Assembly: GCA_021613535.1 (NCBI GenBank)
Contig: CP075497.1
Coordinates: 13,330,001-13,394,000, forward strand
DNA length: 64,000 bases
Reading direction: 5' to 3'
DNA from: Adineta vaga
Taxonomy: Eukaryota; Animalia; Rotifera
Shown here: piece after piece, positions 13,280 to 25,269 of the stretch
Layout: every line of letters begins with the position of its first letter
Position numbering within the stretch: the first letter of the stretch is position 1
Notes under the pieces: generated by a model
The model's input: only the letters and a program-made list of their open reading frames with translations
Databases searched by the model: none
What the model was told of the DNA's origin: nothing
Made by a program: the position numbers and the translations under genes

Positions 13280-14046
13280 TTTTCATAATCTAATTAATAC
13301 TTTGAAAATGAGAGATTATCTTGAGAAACAGGAAAAAGAAGTCGATTGAAATGCACGGTTCAATGTTAGATCTTTTTGCGAAATTGAGGAATTTAAAAAT
13401 ATAAATCTGAGCTTAGATTGTGGATTTTTTAAATGTGTAATGAATAGAGAATGACATTCTCTATCAAGCAATTGTATTTTCGAATCTGAATTAGACTGTA
13501 TTGTAGAAGAAATACTGATAGAATTGGAGTAATCCTGGTTTATTTTTTATTTTTTAAATTAGTTAGTATTTCTTCTGAAAGAACGCTTGAATGAAACCCG
13601 AAAAGACAACGATCTGATCGAGAATATTACTCTTTATTTATAGATCACGTTTAGAAGAATCTAATCACTAAGCCCAAATTTCTAATTTAAAAATCTTAAA
13701 TTCTAATAAAAACCCAGTCCGATGCGAAATTCTATTTGAGATCTGAAACTGAACGCATTTTCATGCTTCCCTTTTATTGATTATTGGTTGAACAAGCATC
13801 GACAACTTTCTATGAAATTTGAAATTTGAAATTTGAAAATTAAAAATCAAAATAATATTTTTATTTAATAAATATAAAAATCTTATCTTAACAACAAAAT
13901 TAATAAAGTTTGTTTTAAAAAAAAACAACAGATGTTCATATTTTCACATATGATTAAAATACATGACAAAACAATTTTTTTAATATCTATATAAATAATT
14001 ATTTAAATTACATTAAAAAAAATCAAAAATGTGGTTTGTTTGTGAC

Positions 14047-14059
14047 AGGTCAAAGGTCA
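14047..14059 (+). promoter_or_regulatory. Perfect DR1 nuclear-receptor response element
   Basis: AGGTCA-A-AGGTCA about 710 bp upstream of the iGluR ATG; function not demonstrable from sequence. Confidence 0.4.
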
Positions 14060-14770
14060 AAGAAACACTATCTTCAAATGATATAAAACAGAAGTCTATG
14101 GTCTTTTATATTTCATATTGAATTTTGAAAAACAAATCGAATCTCATCTGTACGTATGCTTCGAGACTTGGAGATCTAACAGAATAATATCTTCCATAAT
14201 GACTACCGCCAGAGATATTACATTTCATACGCAATCAACATTCGATTCGACACTAAACTACAAATATCCTCTCTTTTTATTACTACCGACTTCATATGTT
14301 GATTTTTATTTGTTAATTTTTATATTATTTAGAAATAAGAAAAGAATTTTTATGTTAAAACGATATTTTCGATTCATTTTAATTGTAAATATAATTGAAA
14401 TCAAACAGTCACAAATTCTAAAGCATCAATCGATATTCATCATAAATACGACTCATGAATGTTACCATATATGACCCGAATATATTCCATTGATCTTTCG
14501 GACTAATACTTCATTTTGGAATATCTTATTCTATTTGAAAAACTTGAAACAGTAAAACGTACTTTTTCTTCTTGTTCTGTTTTCTCTTATATAAACAAAA
14601 TTATTTCTTTGAAAACCGGAACAAATATAATTATTCATAGTAAATGTGTATAGAGGATGTTTCCCTTTGAACAACATATTTTTTTTTGTCATTTCACATC
14701 TAAATCAATTATCTTATCTTCTAAGTTCTTATTTCTTTACTTCTCGTTGAAATTATTCTACGTTGAGTCG

Positions 14771-17413
14771 ATGACTATCATATTCCTATGTATTTCATGG
14801 TTATTCGTACATCTTTTATCCCTCAAATATATAACAGCAGAATGGCCATTGCAAAATTTCTCTACTATAAAACTATTGGGTCTTTTTCCAGATGCAGATA
14901 ATACGATGGAAACGACTGAATTATCAATTCATTCTCGTGCAATGTTTCAAGCAGCTATATTACTTGCACAAAAATATAATATTACTATCGAAGGTCAATA
15001 TATTGAATGGCAATCAGAACAAACAGGTGGAAATATTATGGATGCTCTTCGTGATACATGTCAAGCAGTTTCTTCTTCTTCTTCTTCTACGATTGCTGGG
15101 ATTGTTGGTCCAGCATATTCTAGAGAAGCTCAACAAATTGGTAATTTTGGTAATAGAATTGGTTTGCCTGTGATATCCTATTCTGCTACGGATTCTGAAT
15201 TATCAAATCGAAATGATTATCCAACATTCTATCGTACAGTTCCTTCAGATGATATAGCAGCAATAGCTATTGTTAATCTATTTCTGCAATATAATTGGAC
15301 ATCTTGTATAATTATTTATCAAAATGATCCATACGGTACGAATGGTGTTAATGGTGTAAGTACAGCATTTGTTAATCATGGTTTAAAAGTTAATAAATTG
15401 ATTATATTTGACATTGTAACACGTCAAATTCGAGGTGATTTAAAAAATGATTTAATTAATAGTCCATCACGAATTGTTCTTGTTTGGGCAACTATTACTT
15501 ATACATATTTTATTGTACAAAATGCTCTTGATAACAATGTTCTTGGTCCAAAATTTACATGGATATTGAGTACAAGTATTCCATTAACATCTTTTAATCA
15601 TATATATTATCCAAATTTAATTGGAATCATTACTATTGAACCTGTAACTGGAAATATTCTTGATGTACCAATTAATTCTACATTATTAAATGCAGCATAT
15701 GATATTTGGAAAGAATATGAATTGGAAACATTTCCTCCATCAATGAAAATCAATCCATATGCATTATTTGCTTTTGATGCAACATGGATATTGATTCAAT
15801 CTTTACAAAAATTTTGTTCAACAATATCTTCTCCATGTTTAATAATGAATGGTTCATCATTTTGTTTTGATCGTTATTTTATTCATTCAGATCAATTATT
15901 AAATATAATTAATACAATAGAACTTATTGGTGTTTCTGGTCCTATTCAATTTAATTTAAATACAACTAATAGAATCAATGGATCTTATTATTATCTACAA
16001 AATATTCAATCAACTTCGAAAAATATTAGTTTTATTCCTGTATTACAATATTCATATCCTGGTAGTTGGGAAATGTATTCAGGAGCAAATGTTATTGTTT
16101 GGCCAGGAAGTTCATTAATACCTCCAATTGGTCAAACTTTACTCGAAGGTATTACTTTACGAATTGGTGTTATTGAAACACCTGTATTTACAATAGTTAA
16201 TAGTGAATCAATAATGAATTTAACTGGATATGCAATTGATTTAATTGAACTTTTACGAACTGAAATGAATTTTATTCCAGATATTAAATTAGTACGAAAA
16301 AATCAAACATATTCAGAATTAATTCAAGCCGTTGCTGATGGAATTTATGATATTGTTGTTGGTGATGTTACAGTAACTGCTGCACGAAAAGAAATTGTCG
16401 ATTTTTCTAATTCAATATTTGATAATTCTCTACGACTTATGACTCGAAAAACATATACAAATGCACCTGATCCATTATCATTTTTGAAACCATTTTCATT
16501 TAGTTTATGGATAACATTTTTATCTACATGGATCTTTACAAGTATTTTATTTTGTTTTGTTGAAAGAGAAACAAATGATATGTTACAAAATCGATCATTA
16601 TTATCTCAAATTATAATGAGTATGTGGTATTGTATTGGTCATTGTATTGGACATGGTGTTGATTTTCATGTTAGTACCGCATCTGGACGTTTATTAACTG
16701 TTGGTTTATATATGTTAAGTTTAGTACTTATTGCATCTTATACAGCGAATTTAGCATCTGATTTAACAATATTAAAAAGTCAAAATATTTTATCAGGTAT
16801 TGATGATCTTAAAAATGGTAAAATTCCACCGAATCGTATTGGAATTCGTGTTGGTACAGCTGCTGTAGATTATTATTTAAAAGAAATATCAAATGGAATT
16901 GCAAATTATTATCCATTATATTCTTTACAACAAGGATATGATAGTTTATTAACTGATATTATTGATGTTACATTTACTGATATTGGTATTGGTGAATATA
17001 TAATAAATAATATTTATTGTAATTTAACTTTAATTGGTAATGAGTTTGATAAAGGTACTTTTGGTATTGTTGTATCGAAAAATTGGATTTATAAAGAACA
17101 ATTAGATATTAATATTTTATCTTTGGAAGAAACAGGTTTATTAGATAATCTTAAAATTAAATGGTTTCAAACATCAATTTGTTCTGATACAATAGATTTA
17201 CCAACTGCAATTGAAGTTGGATCAGTAGGTGGATTATTTATTACTTTTGCAATTATTGTTATTCTATCATTTATTTTATTTACATGGAGAAAACGAAATA
17301 TTTTTAAAAATTGTCCAATTATATCAAGATATGATATACAATCATTATTTCGAAAACGAACTTATAATCTTAATCGTACACAAAATCATACATTTCCTTT
17401 GTCAACTATATAA
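14771..17413 (+). CDS. Ionotropic glutamate receptor, AvGluR1-like, intronless
   Basis: Signal peptide from ATG 14771, ANF-receptor ATD (PVISYSAT, FYRTVPSD, YALFAFDA), S1 (TVTAARKEIVDFS), M1-M3 with SYTANLA, S2, M4. Confidence 0.93.
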   Translation: MTIIFLCISWLFVHLLSLKYITAEWPLQNFSTIKLLGLFPDADNTMETTELSIHSRAMFQAAILLAQKYNITIEGQYIEWQSEQTGGNIMDALRDTCQAVSSSSSSTIAGIVGPAYSREAQQIGNFGNRIGLPVISYSATDSELSNRNDYPTFYRTVPSDDIAAIAIVNLFLQYNWTSCIIIYQNDPYGTNGVNGVSTAFVNHGLKVNKLIIFDIVTRQIRGDLKNDLINSPSRIVLVWATITYTYFIVQNALDNNVLGPKFTWILSTSIPLTSFNHIYYPNLIGIITIEPVTGNILDVPINSTLLNAAYDIWKEYELETFPPSMKINPYALFAFDATWILIQSLQKFCSTISSPCLIMNGSSFCFDRYFIHSDQLLNIINTIELIGVSGPIQFNLNTTNRINGSYYYLQNIQSTSKNISFIPVLQYSYPGSWEMYSGANVIVWPGSSLIPPIGQTLLEGITLRIGVIETPVFTIVNSESIMNLTGYAIDLIELLRTEMNFIPDIKLVRKNQTYSELIQAVADGIYDIVVGDVTVTAARKEIVDFSNSIFDNSLRLMTRKTYTNAPDPLSFLKPFSFSLWITFLSTWIFTSILFCFVERETNDMLQNRSLLSQIIMSMWYCIGHCIGHGVDFHVSTASGRLLTVGLYMLSLVLIASYTANLASDLTILKSQNILSGIDDLKNGKIPPNRIGIRVGTAAVDYYLKEISNGIANYYPLYSLQQGYDSLLTDIIDVTFTDIGIGEYIINNIYCNLTLIGNEFDKGTFGIVVSKNWIYKEQLDINILSLEETGLLDNLKIKWFQTSICSDTIDLPTAIEVGSVGGLFITFAIIVILSFILFTWRKRNIFKNCPIISRYDIQSLFRKRTYNLNRTQNHTFPLSTI

Positions 17414-17624
17414 TATGCGCTAATATTTAAGTAATCGCAAAGATAAGAATGAGATCTAGAAATATTATCAGAACTCTTCTCTCCAATATAATGATACATT
17501 GATAGAGAAAAGAAATAAGAATTTTATTTAGAAAATTTCATATAAAATAAAATCCTTTTGTATTGTATTGAGTAAATTGAAGAGATAAAATATTTCGTCG
17601 TAAGTATAACAGAATCAATACAGA

Positions 17625-20453
17625 TAGCGGCGGCGCCAGGAATTTTGATCAGGGGGGGCTCAGGCCTACTAAACTTTTTCCAGGGGGGGCGCAGCATTAT
17701 TGAATATTTACGCACTAAAAATCATAGTCTATGTTATATTCAACGCTCAGATTCGTCAAAGAATTTTCTTTTTTGTATTAAATATACAGTAAACACATAT
17801 AAATAGAGAGAAAGAGCTTGATTATTTATTTTCAAAAGTTTTAGATAATTCTAACATAATAAAATTCTGCTGTTCTTATGATTTCGTGCGAATTTATCTA
17901 CTATTTGTTCGTAATCTATAAAAATATCTCGCTCTATAGCCAAAAGTGTTAAGTCACTTAGGCGAGCATCAGACATAGAATTACGAAGATGGTTCTTTAT
18001 TATTTTCATCTTTGAGAATGAGCGTTCACATGTCACTTGCGAAACTGGCATTGTCATAGCACTTTTGACCATTGATATTGTTTGTGGAAATGCAGTAGAA
18101 TATGGAATTAATTCCTTTAAGAATTCAATAACATCATCGATTTTTTTCGATTTGAACATTGATTTAATAACAGCAAATTCATTCTTTAAGCTGCTTGAAT
18201 CAACATTAACATGCCGACAAAATGCATCAACATCTTCACTGTTCAAAAAGCTTTCACTTTCAGGATAGACAGTAGACATACTCTTCATTAATGATAATGT
18301 TTTTGATGAAAATCTATCATTTAACTCTACCAACATACAATCAATCATAGGAAAATAAATCTTATTCATAAAATCAGTTGATGTGGACAATATTTCACGT
18401 TGTCCAACAGTTGAATTAATAAAACAATCTTTAAATCGAGCTGGAATTTGTGTTTTACGATTTATATGATATTGTTGTACTAAATCAATTCCATTTGAAT
18501 CACAAAACTGTTTTGCTATATCATATATTTGTTTATATGATTGTTCGTTACGAAGATCAGTTATTTGTTGAATAATTGATGTTACAAGATATTCACCTCG
18601 AACATAGTCTAGAGAAGAACCTTATGAAAGAAAAACAACAATAGTTTTTTCCAGATTAAGAATAAAAACAAAGATCTTACTCTTTAAATGATCACTCAAT
18701 ACTTTTATCAAACCAAATAGTTTATGAAGAATGAATATATATTCCATGTGGCATATGTTCTTTTAACAGAACATGAAGTCCAGCATGACATCCGGACATA
18801 ACACTGGCACTATAAATATGAGGAACAGAAACAAAATTCTTACTGCTTCTTAGTTTTATCAGTGCAAATAAAATAACTAACCCATCGAAACATAAAGAAA
18901 TACATGATTGTAAAGGAATATTAAGTTCATTTAAAAACTCAACAATCTTAATTGCTAATGCTGGTGCATCAAATTCTTGTAGTGGAAGGAAACCAAGAAA
19001 ATAATCCTTTACTACATTTGAATAGTCTTTTATGTCAATATCTTGATCATGAACAAATCGAATTACAATAGAGAGTTGTTCAGTACCACTTATATCGCGA
19101 GATTCATCAGCCATTAGTGCATAATTATGATTGTTTACCTATAAAGATCAAAGTAATTTAATCCTAATAGAATAATACAATGTTAGCTCACCATAGATGA
19201 AATTTTTTCACGCACTTGATTAGCCATAATATGAATTAGTTCATTTTGTATGTCATGACTCAAGTAAGTAGCATTACCTGAAGAATCTTCTAAAATTGAT
19301 TTTACTACAGGATCACTTGTTGCTGACCAACGCAGAATTTCCATAAAATTACCCTGATTTGAACTTCTATAAATAACATAAAACGAATGAAAAACACTTT
19401 TAAAAAACTTTTGAAATAATATACCCTGAGTTTTCTCTGTGACCCCTAAAACTAATCGTTTGACGTGCTAAAAAATGTAACGTTGAACATATTTTTATAA
19501 GACGATCACGATTTTTACGAATATGAATAACTCGACCAGCATCTATTTGATTAATAACATTCGAATTGTTTCGTTGTCGCAAAACATATGAGTCGTAATT
19601 TTTGGTAGAATTTATATGTAATTGTGACTGAGAATGTTTTAATAAACCACCATTAGTTTGTAAAGATTTCTTCCAATTGTTGAATCCAGTTGTAGTAAAA
19701 GCATCATAATTAATCGATCGATTGCAAGAAAAATGACGGCAGTAATAACAGTAACACTTATTGTTTTTTATAGAGTATTCTAACCACGGTCTTTCTTTAT
19801 ACCAGCTTGATTGAAATGAACGTTTATCAGCATTGTTTGGATATGTTGCCAATTTTGGTTGAGCAGGAAGATCATTACATGATTTACTAATATCATCAGG
19901 CATAGATTTTACTTGAGCAATAACGTTTGAATGACCACTAATAAGAGATGATGATGGAATGATAAAATTGACATCTGACACACCTTCTTGATTATCAGAA
20001 GAAGAAGAAACATTTTGAGAATCCGATGTTGATAATTGAATGGTAGAATTAGAATTAACATCAGATACATTTGGACCTGTAGATGATGAACAAAGAAGAT
20101 CTTCAAATTGATATGATGATGATGATGAATTAATAACATTCAATTCCATTTCTTCTTCATTTACACGTGACTTCTTTGTAAATGAATGAAAAAAAGATTC
20201 AATTGTTCTACGTTTTTCAGGCTGCATTTCAGAAGATTATATTTTGTTTTATTTTATTTTTTAGTGTGGTTATTAATAATCAACCAATAGAAAATAAGAA
20301 AAGATCTTAATGATAAACTAGCCGTGGTATGTTGCGACATCACTCAAATAAAATATCATTATTTTTTCTAAGATCTGAAAAAATCTCAGGGGGGGCTCAA
20401 CCAATTCCAGGGGGGGCTCAGCCCCCCCCAGCCCCCCCTTGGCGCCGCCACTA
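17625..20453 (-). mobile_element. hAT DNA transposon (ZMYM1/Tip100-like), internally deleted
   Basis: TIRs TAGCGGCGGCGCCAGG / CTTGGCGCCGCCACTA; 8-bp TSD AATACAGA at 17617-17624 and 20454-20461; G/C-run subterminal motifs. Confidence 0.95.
17851..20227 (-). pseudogene. Defective multi-exon hAT transposase
   Basis: TTF zinc finger (WLEYS..CYCYYCRHF), FRGH, MADESRDISG.EQL, FDG/ASVMSG, C-terminal PVSQVTCERSFS; at about 18725 IYIH is joined to LHKLFGLIK, so CxxH and the following region are missing. Confidence 0.85.
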
Positions 20454-20715
20454 AATACAGACTCTCAGGATCAAAACAATCACTTGTTTCAATGATTTCA
20501 ATTGGATGAGAATGTAAAATAATTCTATTCATTCTTTTAATATCATAAACGAATCAATAATCAAAGATAATAGAAAAATGTTATACACGATTAAGCAATG
20601 AATTTATTTATTCTCTTGAAAAACAATATGTTACAAAACATTTCATTATAATTCAGAGTCAAAATATTGAAGAAAAGTGATTAATACTAACGAATATCTA
20701 TTGTCTGAAGAGAAC

Positions 20716-21946
20716 TGTGACGATATTGTTCTATCCATTTTTCTTGGCTCTTCTCTTTTTATCTGTAAAAGATGCGATTGTTGAGAGGAAGAAACAAATC
20801 AAGGCGTAGTTCCATCAGCGCGTCCATGTCGTCCATGTCATACGATTAGGAAGGAGATGGAAAGGTATTTCCCCTTTCTCATTTTGTCTTACATATTGGC
20901 TTTGTCTCAGAACTTTAGGAAAATTTCTCTTTTTGTTTGTTAGCAAGCATGACGATCTGTACATAAACAGACTTGTTGTATTTTCTAATACAAAAAATAA
21001 TATTCTCTGTATAAGCGTATGGAGATTTTCTTGCTATATCGCATACGAACGATTTCTGAGAGGATGTCCTATTTGTTTTTGAGTTCGAACTATTTACTCT
21101 TTCATTTTCTACTATTTTTTCTTTCAGTTTGGACTAATTTCTCCTTGAGTTTATATTGCTTTCTCCCTCAAATTCCCTCCCATTGAGCAAAACCAAACGA
21201 AAGCTACGATCTCTTTCATAAAAAACCGTCACATTTGACGACCGTGGCAATTGATCCTCTCAATCTGTTGGTGATTATTTAGTGTATAATGTTTTGGTAA
21301 CTCTTTGTCTCTTCAGCGGGATGATTACCGATGGTTCCTTTATCCTCATACTAACAATCTCAGTTTTGTCGATTGCTTGAGATCTCAACATTTCGTGTCA
21401 CCCATCGACTCATCCGTGAGCAGAAGTCATGAAAGTGTTCTTCTTTCAATGCGGGTGGTTCCATCCATCAATCTTACACTGGTATTCATACAAACTGTTA
21501 GTTAGTTTTATCCCAAAACTTCTCAATATCATCATCATTAACGCCAAACGTTTGCGACAGCTACTAGTAAATTTCAATATCTTGCTCCTAATCTTTTACA
21601 GAACAAGAGAACAACCGACGTTAAGAGCAACCTTCGATATTTTGGGTACATATCTTTTCTCCATGTTTTTTTGGACGCATAATATCACTTCCAGAATTTT
21701 CTTTAGATAGTTTTTTTTTGTATGTCTGTAGACGCTCGGGAGTGTAATGATATCTGTGACGATATTTTTGTATCCATTTTTCTTAGTTCTTCTCTTTCTA
21801 TCATCTATCTATCTCTCTTTCATATACTTGTTCCCTTCGTTCTCTTTCTTTTAATTGCACATAGATAACTGCGTGTTTCTATCTGTAAAAGATGCGATTT
21901 TTGAGAGGGAGAAACAAATGAAGGCGTAGTTCCATCAGCGCATACA
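20716..21946 (+). mobile_element. Degenerate LTR retrotransposon remnant (Ty3/gypsy-like)
   Basis: Direct repeats 20716-20821 and 21755-21946 (TGTGACGATAT...ATCTGTAAAAGATGCGATT...GGCGTAGTTCCATCAGCGC); second copy runs TG...CA and follows a GGGAG purine run; interior decayed. Confidence 0.5.
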
Positions 21947-22291
21947 TCTCTTCCATTAAAAATCCGCACAGTAGATAGAATAGTTAGTGGTCTTCTTATT
22001 TCGTGTTACTGTTGCCTATGTAATTTTGTCAGTCTTCAGAAAAATTATATATAGATTATATAGGCATTTTGGTTCAGTAGTAGTTGTTGAAGGAGTTTCT
22101 TGTCTCACTTCATTAGAGAACATGACGTTAGCAATTTGTAATAGTTAATCGCAAGGTAGGTGATGACACATTTCGACAATAATTATTAACTTGTAAGTAA
22201 AAGTATAATTTTTATTTTTAGATCTATTAATAAAACGATAGTTTGTATTAATTGTTTTTGTTTTACAAACTACATATCATATATTATCAAA

Positions 22292-22776
22292 ATGGCACGT
22301 ATTTTTCTTTGGAAAGCAGGCAGCAAGAGGGTGGGCCATATGTCTTAAATTGGCACACCTGGGAACAGGATGTACACGATGAAGGAGGGCAACCTGATGA
22401 AATTTTCGATATACCTGAGCAATTCATTGATCAAGAAAAAATAGTTACATGGTGGGAAAATAATCGGTCAACATCGTATTCATTATTGTCAAATAATTAT
22501 TGCAGATGCATTTATACAGCATTATAAGAGGGTGGTTTAGAACTTTTTAAGACGAATCACTTCCTATCATCTGGTAAATTTTACCGAGGGTGTGATCCCG
22601 ATAGTGCTGATCCCGACCCCGAAGAGACCAATGATATGCATGAGGGAACTGGTACTTATGGTGACATTGAAGATTGGCCTGTTCTACCTGTGACTGCATT
22701 CAAATGGATCAAGGATTATGTCGTGAAAAAAATAGATACTGGAGGAACGTCAAACAAAAAATGCAATGTTCTTTGA
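22292..22776 (+). pseudogene. Small protein pseudogene, possibly permuted papain-like, with C-terminal CaaX
   Basis: MARIFLWKAGSKRVGHMS, then a frameshift; YSLLSNNYC..IYTAL*EGG; ends KKCNVL*. Confidence 0.45.
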
Positions 22777-22794
22777 AATTTTTATTTATATAAC

Positions 22795-22878
22795 AGGGTG
22801 TGGGTGTGACTATATCTTTTTCATCCTGACCCACCCCATCCCACACTAACACATATACTCTCACCCACCCACACCCTC
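22795..22878. repeat. Telomere-like inverted hairpin element (copy 6, extended C arm)
   Basis: AGGGTGTGGGTGTGA...ACCCACCCCATCCCACAC...TCACCCACCCACACCCTC, about 19 bp after the upstream stop. Confidence 0.85.
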
Positions 22879-23118
22879 TATCTGTTTATGACTCATATGC
22901 CTCTGACATACCAATAAATTAGGTCGATATCAATTTCAGTACTTGTTGTACATTGTGTTTAAGAAATCCAAGTATTGTCTTGGTTTCATATAGGCATCAC
23001 CGGAAGCTGGAATTTATGTAAATATATGTTTTTTGAAGTACTATATTTCCAGTAACTACTGTGTATTCAATTCTCGTTATAGTGCACATTATTAGGATAC
23101 ACGAAATGAATATTTGTA

Positions 23119-23160
23119 TTGAGGGTGAGGGTGAAGAGAAGAGTATCACCCACATTCTCA
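23119..23160. repeat. Telomere-like inverted hairpin element (copy 7)
   Basis: TTGAGGGTGAGGGTGAAG...TCACCCACATTCTCA, 5 nt from the ART stop codon. Confidence 0.85.
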
Positions 23161-23165
23161 GATAT

Positions 23166-24263
23166 TTAGTTCTTGTCGGATGATTTGAGATGAATAATAT
23201 GTTTTTTCTTCTCAGAATCATATTCATAATTAATAAATTCAAATAATGCATAAATCCAAATTAAGAATTCTTCTTCCTCAGGAAAATCAGATAATTCAGA
23301 TATATTGACACCACAAAAAACATTTTTATTTGCCGATAAATTTTGTTTAACATTTAAATCAATAATAAGAAGTGTATTACCAAATGATTCAGCTTTTTTT
23401 CGATTTCTACTAGTTGAAGTAAAACTTGTAAATGATATAAAATGTCGCATGAATTGTTTTCGTTCTTTATCTGTTATATACAGTCCACGATAAACTGTGA
23501 GAATACCTGTTGTAGGATGTTGTTGTAAATAAGTTTGAAGTAGAAAACAGAATGGTCCCAATGTTTTGATTTGTTGATCAGTACCTCCAGTAGGATTACG
23601 AAGAATTTGATTAATTAATCTGTACAGAAATGATTCTTTTGTATAAAGATATATACATGTTTCACCAATTTCCCTTGAAATTTCGGTGTCACAATCGACT
23701 TTTTCCAGTCTTGCACCATAATGTTTAACTGCTAGTAGTTGTTGAGCTAGCCATTCGGCTTCATTTGACTTATCAAGTGTTCTTCCTTCTTGACGAATTC
23801 CTTCAGCACCATCATCTACTACATCAGAAAGAGTTTTATTTGTATTACGAAGTTCACATCGATAGTAAAGACCAGGAAAAAATGCAGGTGTTGGAAGTGG
23901 AACTTCATCATTTTTCTCCGATTCTTGTTCTGATGACATCGAAGTAATTGGAACAGGTAATGAAAATCTATTATTTTCACGTAGATGAATATCATTATGA
24001 TCTTGATCAAATTGAACACGTTTTATTGGCTGTTGCTTCTTTGTATCATTCTTGTTATATTGCACCTTATCTTTGAGATTGATTATACAACCACCATCAA
24101 TTTCAACATCAGATTTATTTTCTTCATATGCGTCTTCTATGATTTCATTTTCAATATCTGTATATTTCTTCCATTGTTCATCTGCATTTTTCGAAGAGTT
24201 CCGCCAGTACCATTGATAATTACATGGACGACGAAGAATTGTTGTACGAGGAACAGCAGCCAT
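23166..24263 (-). CDS. WWE-domain mono-ADP-ribosyltransferase (R-S-E clade), intronless
   Basis: WWE (QWYW...WKKYTDIENEIIEDAY...Q...PIKR); LYTKESFLYRLIN; VYRG, FTSTS and EEEFL catalytic motifs. Confidence 0.9.
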   Translation of the reverse strand: MAAVPRTTILRRPCNYQWYWRNSSKNADEQWKKYTDIENEIIEDAYEENKSDVEIDGGCIINLKDKVQYNKNDTKKQQPIKRVQFDQDHNDIHLRENNRFSLPVPITSMSSEQESEKNDEVPLPTPAFFPGLYYRCELRNTNKTLSDVVDDGAEGIRQEGRTLDKSNEAEWLAQQLLAVKHYGARLEKVDCDTEISREIGETCIYLYTKESFLYRLINQILRNPTGGTDQQIKTLGPFCFLLQTYLQQHPTTGILTVYRGLYITDKERKQFMRHFISFTSFTSTSRNRKKAESFGNTLLIIDLNVKQNLSANKNVFCGVNISELSDFPEEEEFLIWIYALFEFINYEYDSEKKKHIIHLKSSDKN

Positions 24264-24440
24264 TCGATTTGGTTTTTAAGAATAAAAAGAAACGTGTCTG
24301 TAATATTTGTTCTCTTTTCTTTTCTATACAACTACAAGAAAATTCCATTAAAGTTTGATCGATGTAAAAGTATATATATTTTTTTCTTTCTGCAAATAGT
24401 AACCGTGGTGACACAATACATCAGAACGATAGAATGAACC

Positions 24441-24515
24441 ATCATGAGGGTGTGAATGTGGGTGAAATATCAATCCATGATCTATCTCTTGCCCTTACTC
24501 GCCCATATCCTCAAT
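24441..24515. repeat. Telomere-like inverted hairpin element (copy 8)
   Basis: ATCATGAGGGTGTGAATGTGGGTGA...CCCTTACTCGCCCATATCCTCAAT, between divergent genes. Confidence 0.75.
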
Positions 24516-24689
24516 AGTTTGTGTTTAGTAAGATTAAATAAAGTAACTTGCTTTCATTCACGTTCGAATAATGGAAGAAATGTTATAAAAGCTCGCAATC
24601 TTTTTCTTATCTACATAGTGCACACAACACCTTCATCATTGGCATTAAATTTCTACCACTTTTGCTCATATTGAAAGTGCACAGTATCA

Positions 24690-25250
24690 ATGGGTTGTGT
24701 CTTGCTCTTCGCCAAAAGAAATTTTCTCCCTCGTCCTCACGTTTGTGACGTCTTTTCTGACAACGTGAATACATATCTAAAATTGAATTTAGAATCATTA
24801 AGCAACGAAATATTGCTTGATTTATTTGATTATCTTAGCGTTGTTCAGCTTCTTTGCATCTTTTATAGTCTCAGTTGTCTTTTCGATGGTCTTCTTTTCA
24901 CGTATCTTCAAACTCATGATCTTGATTTTCGATCTGTATCAAAACAGGAGTTCAATACGGTGTGTCAACAACTTCTTTCGTCCAATATCGATAAAAGCTT
25001 TGTTTCTTGCCCATGGTTTCACTTCTCATCAATTCAATTATATACGATCACTCTCATTGTATCACATAAATTCTGTTAAAACACTCAAAGAATGGATGTT
25101 CACTTGGTCTCATCTTCCTAATCTCACTATTCTGAGATTAGAACAAGATTCTTGTTTAAAAGATGATGAAATAAATTTTCTCACTTTTGTGAACAGTATT
25201 TAGAGTATTCCTAAGCTATTCCATTGCCATATTAGCATGTTTTGTCGTTT
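24690..25250 (+). pseudogene. F-box/LRR-like gene remnant
   Basis: LESLSNEILLDLFDYL (F-box-like), LDFRSVSK, IRSLSLYHI, LPNLTILRL across a frameshift; truncated. Confidence 0.65.
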
Positions 25251-25269
25251 AAATTTTTGAAAGATCGGC

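Noticed and set aside
14657-14770. N-terminal extension of the 918-aa iGluR ORF
   Set aside because: The signal peptide fits the ATG at 14771; the upstream part looks like UTR
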